Source of the DNA: Gammaproteobacteria bacterium
Lineage (GTDB): Bacteria > Pseudomonadota > Gammaproteobacteria > UWMA-0217
Direction of reading: 5' to 3'
Length of the DNA: 64,000 nucleotides
Assembly (NCBI GenBank): GCA_026981985.1
Contig: JALSHZ010000036.1
Coordinates: 11,113 to 75,112, forward strand
Position 1 is the stretch's first letter, and every line of letters begins with the position of its first letter. Below are positions 17,559 to 26,706 of this stretch, piece after piece. A program made the position numbers and the translations under genes. Under the pieces are notes generated by a model. That model was not told where the DNA came from, ran no database searches, and was given only the letters and a program-made list of their open reading frames with translations.

Positions 17559-18059
17559 TCAGTGCGTCGCAATAAAATTTTCCAGCGCCTCTTTGCGAAT
17601 TGGCCCGGGATTGACGGCGACCAACTCGCCTTTCGGGTTGAACAGCCAGTAGGTGGGCGTGCCGCGGAATGGTTCCTCTGCGGCGATCTGGAAGTTCATC
17701 GCCATCAGCCCCAGTTCGGCGATGTAGTTGGGGAAGGTCAGGGGTTGTCGCTGAATCGCCTTTTCGATGGCGGCCTTGCTTTCCATGCCGTTGATGACGA
17801 CTCCGACGACCTCTGCATCCTTGTCCTTGTGCGCATCATGGAAGGCATTGATATCGGGCTTGTTGCGCTCGCAGATCGGGCAATTGAGCCCCCAGAACAT
17901 CACCAGCACCCATTTTCCTTTGCCGACATGCTTGTCGAGTCCAGCCGGTTGCCCGCTGAAGTCGCGCAAGCCAAGATCCGGTACTGGTTGCTCCTTGGCC
18001 GGCAGTTGCGTGGACACAGCCAACAAGCAAATAACGATCAGAAGTCTCAGTGCTTTCAT
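17559..18059 (-). CDS. TlpA/redoxin-family periplasmic thiol:disulfide oxidoreductase
   Basis: 166 aa with a signal peptide (MKALRLLIVICLLAVS) and the thioredoxin-fold active site FWGLNCPICE. Confidence 0.85.
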   Translation of the reverse strand: MKALRLLIVICLLAVSTQLPAKEQPVPDLGLRDFSGQPAGLDKHVGKGKWVLVMFWGLNCPICERNKPDINAFHDAHKDKDAEVVGVVINGMESKAAIEKAIQRQPLTFPNYIAELGLMAMNFQIAAEEPFRGTPTYWLFNPKGELVAVNPGPIRKEALENFIATH

Positions 18060-18133
18060 TGTTTACTCTCAAATCCATCGAAGAACCCTATTCTACGGGA
18101 TTGTCGGCGATACGGACTCAATGGGTATGATGC

Positions 18134-18224
18134 GAGGGAGGTTGTGGGGGTTTGGCGAATGAATTCGCCCCTACAGCTGCGAAGGAGGTTGCGGTGGTTT
18201 GGCGAATGAATTCGCCCCTACAGC
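18134..18224. repeat. Two tandem REP-like units (47-bp period)
   Basis: GAGGGAGGTTGTGGGGGTTTGGCGAATGAATTCGCCCCTACAGC (18134-18177) and GAAGGAGGTTGCGGTGGTTTGGCGAATGAATTCGCCCCTACAGC (18181-18224). Each holds the palindrome GGCGAAT-GA-ATTCGCC followed by CCTAC. Confidence 0.8.
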
Positions 18225-18372
18225 GTTGCTGATCCATTTTTCCTGACTTGCGCAGACGCTATACGCCTTCTGCGACTGGAAAATCCGAACGTCCATCTGG
18301 CATTCACTGTCTGTTAAGCACACGCCGCGCTATCATTGAAGCAACTGAATTTATATCTGAGAGGGAATGTTC

Positions 18373-19020
18373 ATGACATCGATGTTGAAAAAACTCGCGC
18401 TGTTGACCACTGCCGTCGCACTCACTGCCTGTGCCGCCGACGACCCGAATCAGCGCGCCAAGATCGGCGCCGCCGTGGGTGCGGTCGCGGGTGCCGTGAT
18501 CGGTAACCAGGCGAAGTCGGATCGTGGCAAGGTTGTCGGTGCCGTGGCCGGTGCCGCAGCAGGCGCGGCGATCGGCAATTATATGGACAAGCAGCAACGT
18601 GAACTGGAAGCCCAGCTGGCGGCCGAACAGCAGGCCCACCAGATCGAGCTGGAGCGCGTGCGTGAAGACACCATCAAGCTCAACCTCAGCAGCGAGGTCT
18701 CTTTCGATTACGACAGCGCGGCGCTGAAACCTTCTTTCTACCCGTCACTGGAAAAAATTGCCACGGTGATCCGTGAGCATGAGCAGACGGCGGTGGAAAT
18801 CGTCGGTCATACCGACAGTCGCGGCAGCGAAGCGTACAACCAGCGCCTGTCGGAAAAGCGCGCCGAAGCGGTGGCGCAATATCTGATCCAGCAAGGCGTC
18901 AGCCCCAGCCGCATCACAACCTCGGGCCGAGGTGAGTCGGAACCGCGCGGCACCAACAGCACCGAAGCCGGGCGTCAGCTGAACCGCCGGGTAGAAATCT
19001 TCTTGCGCTCAACGCAATAA
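18373..19020 (+). CDS. OmpA-family lipoprotein (glycine-zipper + OmpA C-terminal domain)
   Basis: ORF 18367..19020. The second ATG (18373) is better spaced from the GAGAGGGA SD. Lipobox LTAC, Gly-zipper GAAVGAVAGAVIG, and OmpA-like motifs FDYDSAAL...IVGHTDSRGSEAYNQRLSEKRA...NRRVEI. Confidence 0.85.
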   Translation: MTSMLKKLALLTTAVALTACAADDPNQRAKIGAAVGAVAGAVIGNQAKSDRGKVVGAVAGAAAGAAIGNYMDKQQRELEAQLAAEQQAHQIELERVREDTIKLNLSSEVSFDYDSAALKPSFYPSLEKIATVIREHEQTAVEIVGHTDSRGSEAYNQRLSEKRAEAVAQYLIQQGVSPSRITTSGRGESEPRGTNSTEAGRQLNRRVEIFLRSTQ

Positions 19021-19026
19021 CATGAC

Positions 19027-19470
19027 ATGACTAACGACAGCGCCCCCACCACCAGCAAGCGCGACACATTACTCGCCATTGGCGTTATCCTGCTGGTGGT
19101 GATGGGCCTGTTCGCCATCTGGCAGTCGAATACCGATCCGCGCACCGACGAACTCAACCGGATGATCGCGGACGACCTCGAAATCAGCGAATACGACTAT
19201 CCCTTCCGTGTCTTCGGTGTGGAGGGTAATACCGCCGTGGTGTCAACGCCGCGTTCTCCGCAGATGTCGGTACTTCGCGCGCTGGAGATTATCCGGCCAC
19301 AGCTGGATGTGGATCAGCCCGATACACCGGAAGTCATCGCAGCGCAAAAGGAGCTGGCCGGGATTCAGTACCGGGTGCGCGATCTGCTGCTCTCCCACCC
19401 GCAGATCGACGATGTTCGCTGGCAACTGGACAAGCAGTGGTATCTGCAACACGGGGTGATGGTGCAGTAA
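19027..19470 (+). CDS. Hypothetical membrane-anchored protein
   Basis: 147 aa with one N-terminal TM (LLAIGVILLVVMGLFAIW). Starts 6 nt after the OmpA-family gene, so is probably co-transcribed. Confidence 0.5.
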   Translation: MTNDSAPTTSKRDTLLAIGVILLVVMGLFAIWQSNTDPRTDELNRMIADDLEISEYDYPFRVFGVEGNTAVVSTPRSPQMSVLRALEIIRPQLDVDQPDTPEVIAAQKELAGIQYRVRDLLLSHPQIDDVRWQLDKQWYLQHGVMVQ

Positions 19471-19474
19471 CGCG

Positions 19475-21559
19475 CTACGCTTTCACGATCACCGGCACCT
19501 CGCCCGCCTCCCTGTGCGGAATCACGAACGTTGCCACCGACTTCACCCGATCACGCCGCGCATGATCGACAATCGTCTCCATTGTCACCAGTCGAACACT
19601 GATCGCATCTGACGTGATGGTTGCCGTGCCGTAACCATGCGCATCGGTATTGGCATAGCGAAGATGCGGATTGACACTGTCATCATGCAGCGCCGCCACC
19701 TCCTCTGCGGAGCCACCTTCTGCGGCGGCCAGCCCGGCATTGACTCCATTGAGCAGGGTATTGTCCAGATTGACGACCAGACGCTGTGGATCGGCGCTGT
19801 CCGGGTAGGCAATCAGCTTGCGTATTGCGGCTTCGATGTCATTCGGATTCTACCGCCGCGACAACTGCTCAACCCCATCGAACATCGACAATGAGCTGAT
19901 CGCGGCGCTCACCACCTCGACCGCCGCTGGCTGCGGCTGCGCCGCGTCATAATCGTCCATGACCAGGCCGGAAAAATGCGCATGCACATCACCGCTCAAC
20001 GACACTACATTGCGAATTTTCTGGGTCAGCAGGTACTGCATCAGCTCCCGCCGCTCATGCGCGTACCCATCCCAACTGTCTGACGACACCACGACACCCG
20101 GTAACAACGCATTCAGCGCATCGAGATTCACCTTGAAACGCAGCAGCGGCACAGAGTTTCCCCACAGCCGCCACCGACTGCTCGACTGCGCCATGGCCGT
20201 CTTCCACCAGGCTTTCTGTCGCTCGCCAAGAATCGAGCCGGGCGGACGGTGACGCCGGGGGTTCTCGAACAGCAGGCCGCCAACACCGAGAAATGCAGGC
20301 GGACGCCCGTCATTGGCCTCGCTGCCGGCATCCAGCGTATTCAGCAGATCCAGCGGCATTACCGCGCGTGGATGGATGAACACGCCCCCGCCCCCGGAAA
20401 TGTCCTCAGGTACGGCATGATCGCTGCGCCAGGAGCGATTGTCGGTCAGCAGCAGATCGACCATCCGACCAAACTGCAAGCGCCGATAGATCACCAGCGT
20501 TTCGATCGCTGCGCTGTTGTCATCATTGGGCTTGTCGTTCGGCGTGTTGGCCACCTCGGCGAAGCGGAAGTCGTGGGCATGATGCGGCAGCTCACTATCA
20601 TCAGACTGGTAATCCACCGGGATGTATTCAGACCACGCCTGATTCGCCGCCACCTTGCGCTGCTGCGAGGGTTCGTTGGTGCTGGCATTCGCACCATCGT
20701 CGTCATAGTTCGCTTCACTCTGCCAGCAGTCATCGGAAAACTCATGGTCGTCCCAGATGCAGACGAACGGCCAGCGCGCTCGTGCGGCCAGCAGATCGGG
20801 ATCGCTGAGATAGCGGCGGTACAAATGACGATAGTCCGCGAGCGTCCTGGCGTAGCGGACACCACTGGCGCTTGTTCCTCCGTCAGGAAAGGTACCAGGG
20901 TCACGCGGCGTACCGGAGGCTTCGATCAGGCCGCCGGGAATCGGCTGTCTGAATGCATCGAGAGGGTCCTGCCACGCCTCATCAGTTTCATAGATGAAAT
21001 CACCGAGATGGAGCACAAAACGAATCTGTTCTTCGGCAGGCGCCACCACATCATCCAGCAACATCCGCCGCCATGCGCCGTAGTAGCCATGCTTGCGCTC
21101 CTGGCAACTGACAAAGGCCAGCTTGACGGGTTGCAGCGCCTCGGCTTCGGGCGCGGTCCAGGTACGCCCTGTTACCGACTGATCACCCTGGCCGCTGACA
21201 AAGCGATAGTAATAGACACGGTCGGCCTGCAAACCACTGATGCGGGCATGTACGGTGAAATCCTGCGTGGCCTTTGCCAGCACCACCTCTTGCAGGATCA
21301 GGCTTGCAAAGGCTTCGTCTTCGGCCAGTTCAAGGTAGAGCGAGAAGGATTCAGGGTCACCTTGCTGAGGCAGTGCCCGCGTCCACAGCACGACCGAATC
21401 GGAGGTTGGATCGGCCGACGCAACCCCCTGCGGAAAACTAGCGCCCAGCTCGGGGCGAGGCGTGGCATCCCGCGAGCGCCTACAGCCTGGCAGCGTCGCC
21501 GCAGCGGTGGCCTGAAGCGAAAGAACGACTATGGATTGAAGGAACACACGACGTTGCAT
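19475..21559 (-). pseudogene. phoD: PhoD-family alkaline phosphatase interrupted by one in-frame TAG (19850-19852)
   Basis: ORF 19850..21559 (Tat-like MQRRVFLQS..., PhoD metallophosphatase body) and ORF 19475..19699 are in the same frame. Translating through the TAG gives ...VEQLSRR*NPNDIEAAIRKL...VNPHLRYANTDAHGYG..., which is the normal PhoD C-terminus. Confidence 0.85.
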
Positions 21560-21764
21560 AAGCCATTGTTATCCAAAACGGCAAGGGCGGAATGGGGACC
21601 AGGTTCCATTCTGCTCGTCACCATCCGTTGATCTCAAAAGCTACACCTTTGGACCCAATAAACTGTGACTACGGTCACTGTAAACAGATGTAAAGAGGAC
21701 AATCATCTGAATGAAAGAAAAGCGATTTTTTCACAGTTGACAATCTCATAACAGGAGGCAGCTC

Positions 21765-23180
21765 ATGCAAACTGAAACACTATTTTTCAAACGTAGGAAT
21801 CATCTACTGGCACTGGCTTTGTCCACGGTTCTTGTGACCGTGAGCGGCTGTGGTGATGGCGATACAACCGCAGCAGACACCAGCAATATCAGCGAGGCGC
21901 AGTTGAAAGCCAGCCTGACCACAGGACTGACCAAAGGGGTGAGCGCCAACTTTACCGCCGTCAGCAGAGTTCTCCAGGATTCAGAGGCACTGAAAAAAGT
22001 ACAAAGTAATGCCTCGGTGCTACAACCGAAGTCGGCTGCCGCATCGAAAGCTGTTGGTGACGGGCTGGACTTCGGTAGCGCCGAAGACTTTGGCATGGAC
22101 GATACCCTGGGGCTGATCGATGACCTGATCGCTCAGTCCACGATCAATCAAAGCGGCAACGTCTACACTTTCGACCCTAATGAAGGAGTGATCTGCGCAA
22201 ATGACGAACTGGGGCTGGATGCGACTGAGGCGAATAAGTGCGTACAGCTCTTGCAGCCAATGACTTTCGTCGTCACCGTCACCGGAGCAAACGGTGATGA
22301 AGTAACCGCCGCTGAAACTGCATTCAAATTCAACGGCACCACCTTTGCCACCACGGGATTCACGCCAACCAGCGGCTTTTACGAAGTCGATTTTGGTGGT
22401 CTCAAGCCTGTACTTGTCGAAGTGAACAACCTGGCAGACCCTGCCGACAAGTTCGACATTCCGCAAACGATGACAGGAAGACTGCGCACCGACTTCACGG
22501 CACCGGATGAGAACAATGCGACCATCACGGTATCCATTCCGGAGGCATTGGCGCTGGTCAACACAGTACCGGGCGAAGAGATCGACCTGAGCATTGGCAC
22601 AACATCCAAGTTGTTCAGGATGTCTGCCAATGCCGCCACAACCGAACTCGAAGTTGAGGTTGGACTCGGCACACTGAGCGCATTGTTCACCGATGACGAT
22701 GATGTCGGCAGCTTCCCGGTTGAGTTGGCGTTGAACGCACTCACCGGCACAATCGCTGTAACTGATAGTGGCGACGACATGCAGATCACCGGCCTGGGTA
22801 TCAACACATTGACACTGAAAGTCGATAACGTCGATGCACTTCTGGTCAATATGCGTCAACTGAACGCGCTGCTGGATGCCTCGGGTGCCAACGCGCTTGT
22901 CAGCCTGCAATCGGCGCTCGACTTCAGTTTCAACATGACTAACGTTCGCCAGTATTTCGATGATCTGAGCCCTGCGACAAACTCGACCAGCATCAGCATC
23001 GCAGCACCAGCAGGAACCGTACTGACCGAAGCAGGTAACGAGGCTATCCAGGTCACAGGCGGTACACTGACCATCGAGATCGAAGAGTCGGGCGTTGCAC
23101 AAAGCGCAGTGGTGCCAACAGGCAGCTGTCTTGACACAACTGCGATTACCGCCATCGCCTGCCCCGCAAGCGGTAGCTGA
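21765..23180 (+). CDS. Hypothetical secreted lipoprotein (Thr/Asp/Ala-rich)
   Basis: 471 aa with an AGGAGG SD and a signal peptide plus lipobox (LSTVLVTVSGC). Followed by a strong terminator. No family recognised. Confidence 0.65.
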   Translation: MQTETLFFKRRNHLLALALSTVLVTVSGCGDGDTTAADTSNISEAQLKASLTTGLTKGVSANFTAVSRVLQDSEALKKVQSNASVLQPKSAAASKAVGDGLDFGSAEDFGMDDTLGLIDDLIAQSTINQSGNVYTFDPNEGVICANDELGLDATEANKCVQLLQPMTFVVTVTGANGDEVTAAETAFKFNGTTFATTGFTPTSGFYEVDFGGLKPVLVEVNNLADPADKFDIPQTMTGRLRTDFTAPDENNATITVSIPEALALVNTVPGEEIDLSIGTTSKLFRMSANAATTELEVEVGLGTLSALFTDDDDVGSFPVELALNALTGTIAVTDSGDDMQITGLGINTLTLKVDNVDALLVNMRQLNALLDASGANALVSLQSALDFSFNMTNVRQYFDDLSPATNSTSISIAAPAGTVLTEAGNEAIQVTGGTLTIEIEESGVAQSAVVPTGSCLDTTAITAIACPASGS

Positions 23181-23218
23181 TCGATCCACCCACGACGCCT
23201 GTTCCGGGCGTTGACCAA

Positions 23219-23250
23219 GGCCGGGTAGTTTCTGCTACCCGGCCTTTTTT
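23219..23250 (+). terminator. Rho-independent terminator
   Basis: GGCCGGGTAG-tttctg-CTACCCGGCC followed by TTTTTT. A second hairpin, GTGTCTGCCCCGGGCAGACAC, follows at 23251-23271. Confidence 0.8.
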
Positions 23251-23459
23251 GTGTCTGCCCCGGGCAGACACATCACGTTACACTTCCTCGGGTGAACCCT
23301 TGGGTATCGGCAAAAGCTTGCCGTTTATCCGCAATTTCGCGGGGAAACCGTGAATCAGATCAAGCATATGACCGACGAACTCTCGTAAATTGGGGCTTAC
23401 ACGGTATATCATGAAATCCTAATATTGATCGGCACCGGTCAGCCACGAGGCAGCACACC

Positions 23460-24857
23460 ATGAAGATCGCAGAAGAAGCACCACGAAAAAACAATTTCAA
23501 GATTCAGGCGCTGGGCACTTTCCTGTCCATTGGCATTCTTGTGCTGGTGGCGAGCAACGGATTCTTCACCTACTCCGGCGCAAAGCTGTATATCAATGAG
23601 CCGCTATACGCGGTGCTGTTCGCCGTGGCGGTGCAATTTGCCATCGCCGCGACATTGCTGGCACTACCCTACATTCGCGGCTTCGGCAAGCTGGTGCTGA
23701 TCCTGCTTTATGCAGCCGCGCTAACGTTGTCCACGGTTTCCGCCTTTACTTACATCTACAACACCAGCCTGCCCGAAGGGGCCGATGTTCACGCCATCGA
23801 TACCGGGCTCAAGGCGGCACTGTCCACCGAGCTGAGTGATGCGTTGAAGGCGGAACAGCAGTATGTCGAAGCCGAGCGTCAACGCCTGGCAGCCATGAAA
23901 CGCGCTGCCGATGAAGAGGCAAATCGTGGATACGCTTCCGGTCGCGGCCCCGGCAAAGGCCCGGAATACTATCGCAAGATGGAACAGTATGAAGAGGAAG
24001 CTACCCGCTTCGACGACCTGAATCGGCACCTGCAATCCGCCGAACAGATCTACCAGCAAATCAATACGCGATTGGCCCAGGGCGGCGACCCGGAAAACCA
24101 GCGCGCCGAACTGATCGTGCTGATGTCGCAGTTGCTGACCCACACCAACACTCAGGCCGCCCGTGAGAATCTCACCCGCGCCAGCAAACTGCACCTCGGT
24201 ACGCTGCACAACCCCGTCGATCGCGCCATCAACACCCTGCTGGATCTGCGCCATAGCCAGCCAATCACTGTCGTTGTCAGCATCATCTGGGCCGCGATCT
24301 TCGATCTGCTGGCGCTGTTCATCGGTATTATTCGCTACTACCTGATCAAGCCTCGCAACTCGCTGCTGGACAAAATCTACGATGGCCTGCTCGGGCTCGG
24401 CACCTTTTCCATGAAGCTCGGCGACGTACCACGGGAAGCGAGACAAAAACACCTGGCCAACATCGAACAGAATCAGCCGGCAGTGAACTCCGCTGAAATG
24501 CAGAACTTCGCCACCTACCTGCTGGCAGGCAGTCAGCTGTCACTCAAAGATGAAAAGGACGATCCCGCCGAACCGCTGCGCACATTGACCAGCTATATAG
24601 AACCACTGGCCCTCAGCAAGCCAAAGAATGCCGTCGGCATTCCCTACGAAACCGTGCGCTCGGAATCGCGCCTGAAAACCCTGCTCGCCATGCTGGTGCA
24701 GACCGAAATTCTGATCAACGATATGGTCAATGAGTGCTACCGTCTTAACCCCGCCCGCGAAGTGGCACAGAAGGTGCTGGTATTCATCCGCCTCGGCATG
24801 AAGGATCAACCCGAACAGCTGGAGAATGTGAAATTCATGCTCGCCGCCGGGCGTTGA
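23460..24857 (+). CDS. Hypothetical polytopic membrane protein with central coiled-coil
   Basis: 465 aa. About four N-terminal TM helices, a charged coiled-coil (KAEQQYVEAERQRLAAMKRAADEEANRG...), one more TM, then a soluble C-terminal domain. No family recognised. Confidence 0.6.
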   Translation: MKIAEEAPRKNNFKIQALGTFLSIGILVLVASNGFFTYSGAKLYINEPLYAVLFAVAVQFAIAATLLALPYIRGFGKLVLILLYAAALTLSTVSAFTYIYNTSLPEGADVHAIDTGLKAALSTELSDALKAEQQYVEAERQRLAAMKRAADEEANRGYASGRGPGKGPEYYRKMEQYEEEATRFDDLNRHLQSAEQIYQQINTRLAQGGDPENQRAELIVLMSQLLTHTNTQAARENLTRASKLHLGTLHNPVDRAINTLLDLRHSQPITVVVSIIWAAIFDLLALFIGIIRYYLIKPRNSLLDKIYDGLLGLGTFSMKLGDVPREARQKHLANIEQNQPAVNSAEMQNFATYLLAGSQLSLKDEKDDPAEPLRTLTSYIEPLALSKPKNAVGIPYETVRSESRLKTLLAMLVQTEILINDMVNECYRLNPAREVAQKVLVFIRLGMKDQPEQLENVKFMLAAGR

Positions 24858-24945
24858 AATAAAGGACGGGGTGGTTGCGACGTCGCAGGCAGGCAAAACA
24901 CGATGTGCCCAGCGATTGCTGCGAAAGAAGCGTTGAGCACACCCC

Positions 24946-25018
24946 GTAGGGTGAGCGCCGACCAGGTGCTCACCGATTCCACCCATGGTGGGCACGCCTG
25001 CCGCGCGCACCACCCTAC
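24946..25018. repeat. REPIN-like inverted doublet of REP units
   Basis: GTAG-GGTGAGCGCCGACCAGGTGCTCACC ... GGTGGGCACGCCTGCCGCGCGCACCACC-CTAC. These are two hairpin units in opposite orientation, bounded by GTAG and CTAC. Confidence 0.6.
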
Positions 25019-25089
25019 GCTGTTAGCAGTACCCACCGTTGCCAACAGCAAGTCTGGCAATCTGGAAACGCGGCTGGCAACATGCCCGC

Positions 25090-25956
25090 ATGAAACTCCC
25101 TGCCCTGCTCGAAGGACGCCTGATCCGCCGCTACAAGCGTTTTCTGGCCGACATTGAACTATGCCCGGGTATCTCACCGGATCGACGAGCCCTCGCTTGT
25201 TCTTTGAATCCACAGGGGATTTTGCTCAGTCGGAAATACACTCGGCTATTCCACTCCTTCGCAAAATCCCCTGTGAACCCAAAGCCCTGCGCGAACATCT
25301 CGCCACCCGATGAGATACCCGGGCTTGCAGACGGCACAATCGTCACCGCTCACACGCCCAACACCGGCAGCATGGCAGGTCTGACTCGTCCAGGCAGCCG
25401 CGTCTGGCTACGCGATTCAGGCAACCCGAAACGCAAATATCCGCTCAGCTGGATTTTGGTGGAAGCGCATCCCGGCGTGCTCGTGGGTATCGATACCGGC
25501 ATGGCAAATCAGTTGGTGCGCGAAGCGATCGAGACCGGGGTTATCACCTCATTGCAGGGCTATCAGCACATTCGCAATGAGGTGCGTTATGGCAACGAAC
25601 GCAGCCGCATCGATCTGCTACTGGAGAGCGACGACCGTCCCCGCTGCTATGTCGAAGTCAAAAACGTCACGCTGGTGGAAAACGGTACCGCCTACTTCCC
25701 GGATGCGGTCACTGAACGCGGCCGCAAACATCTGCGAGAACTGGCTGGCCGCGTCGCCGCTGGGGAACGTGGGGTTATTGTCTATTGTGTTCAGCGGCAG
25801 GATGCAAAAGCACTGCGCCCAGCCGACCACATCGACCCAGCCTATGGGAAAGCACTGCGCAAAGCCGTAGCGCAGGGGGTGGAGGCTTACGCTTGGCGAG
25901 CAACCGTGACGGTGAAAGACATTCGGTTGGATACGCAGCTACCGGTGGCGCTATGA
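25090..25956 (+). CDS. sfsA: Sugar fermentation stimulation protein A homologue carrying a 55-aa in-frame insertion
   Basis: ORF 25039..25956 trimmed to ATG 25090 ([24 protein letters not shown]...). The SfsA body is conserved ([47 protein letters not shown]). The insertion sits between ADIEL and ADGTIVTAH. Confidence 0.85.
   Translation: [288 protein letters not shown]
25164..25323. mobile_element. MITE-like palindromic element inserted in frame in sfsA
   Basis: Perfect 13-bp terminal inverted repeats CCCGGGTATCTCA / TGAGATACCCGGG. Inner perfect 15-bp pair CACAGGGGATTTTGC (25211-25225) / GCAAAATCCCCTGTG (25261-25275). The position corresponds to the extra 55 aa that SfsA orthologues lack. 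Confidence 0.7.
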
Positions 25957-26098
25957 GTTCGGTATCAAATGAAGTGGTATTCGTTTCGCACTCAACAAAC
26001 CTAAAATCACGAGATTTGAACCACCGCGCCAAACCGAAACACGGTAGCACCAATCCCTCCAAACCTCCCTTTGCAAGAGGGAGGTTGCCAACCTCTAC

Positions 26099-26503
26099 TC
26101 AGGGCTTTTTACAGATCGGGCTGTCATCCGGCTCTTCGACACTTTTGACGATCACTTCGACGAATTCGTTGAACTCATCCATGCTCACGGCACCCAACAT
26201 GCGGTTCATCACCTCGGGCCGTACCTTGGCCAGCGTTTTGCGGCCATCACTCAGCTCGATATAGATGCCCGCGGTACTCATCGAATCATCGGCGCTGGCC
26301 TCCAGCTCGGCCTGATCAGCATCGCTCAGCTCGTCATAGTAGTCATCAAGGGCGTCCCAGATCTCATCTTCCGGTTCGTCGATGCGCACGATCGCTGCCC
26401 CTTCTATGGGATCGACAGCATCTTCGTGGGAGACTCCCAGCGATTCGAGCCGGCTGATGAACTGTAGTCTGAAGCCGTCATTGAAGAATACGTATTCGAG
26501 CAT
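26099..26503 (-). CDS. Hypothetical acidic protein
   Basis: ORF 26099..26560 trimmed to MLEYVFFNDGFRLQF... (134 aa). Coding-like composition, very acidic centre. No family recognised. Confidence 0.5.
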   Translation of the reverse strand: MLEYVFFNDGFRLQFISRLESLGVSHEDAVDPIEGAAIVRIDEPEDEIWDALDDYYDELSDADQAELEASADDSMSTAGIYIELSDGRKTLAKVRPEVMNRMLGAVSMDEFNEFVEVIVKSVEEPDDSPICKKP

Positions 26504-26706
26504 GGTCGCGACTACCGGCGTGAGGTTGAGCCCTATTCTACACGTCAAAACCCAAACCACACCGAGACGCCTAGCTGTGCTATAGTGCGCCGTCTACTTC
26601 GGGTCCCAGCGGCCCGTCAGATCATTCTTCAGCGACACTACGGAACCACCGCCCCGGATTACGATCTTCAGCATTTGCGCGGTTCCGATTTTCCCAGGAT
26701 TTACCC

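Noticed and set aside
18134-18224. Possible mini-CRISPR (two direct repeats with 47-bp period)
   Set aside because: There are only two units, separated by 3 nt with no spacer. The same core recurs singly at 48.6 kb and 56.6 kb, so it is a REP-type repeat, not CRISPR.
20249-21631. 460-aa plus-strand ORF antisense to phoD
   Set aside because: Shadow ORF. The PhoD frame carries a Tat signal and family motifs.
21662-21690. Possible Pho box (CTGTGAC...CTGTAAAC) upstream of phoD
   Set aside because: The CTGT half-sites are spaced 15 nt apart rather than the 11-nt periodicity of PhoB boxes, so it is not convincing by eye. A PWM scan would be needed.
22020-23189. 389-aa minus-strand ORF opposite the 21765..23180 lipoprotein gene
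   Set aside because: The product is Cys/His/Arg-rich with no signal or RBS. The plus-strand frame has an AGGAGG SD, a lipobox and a terminator.
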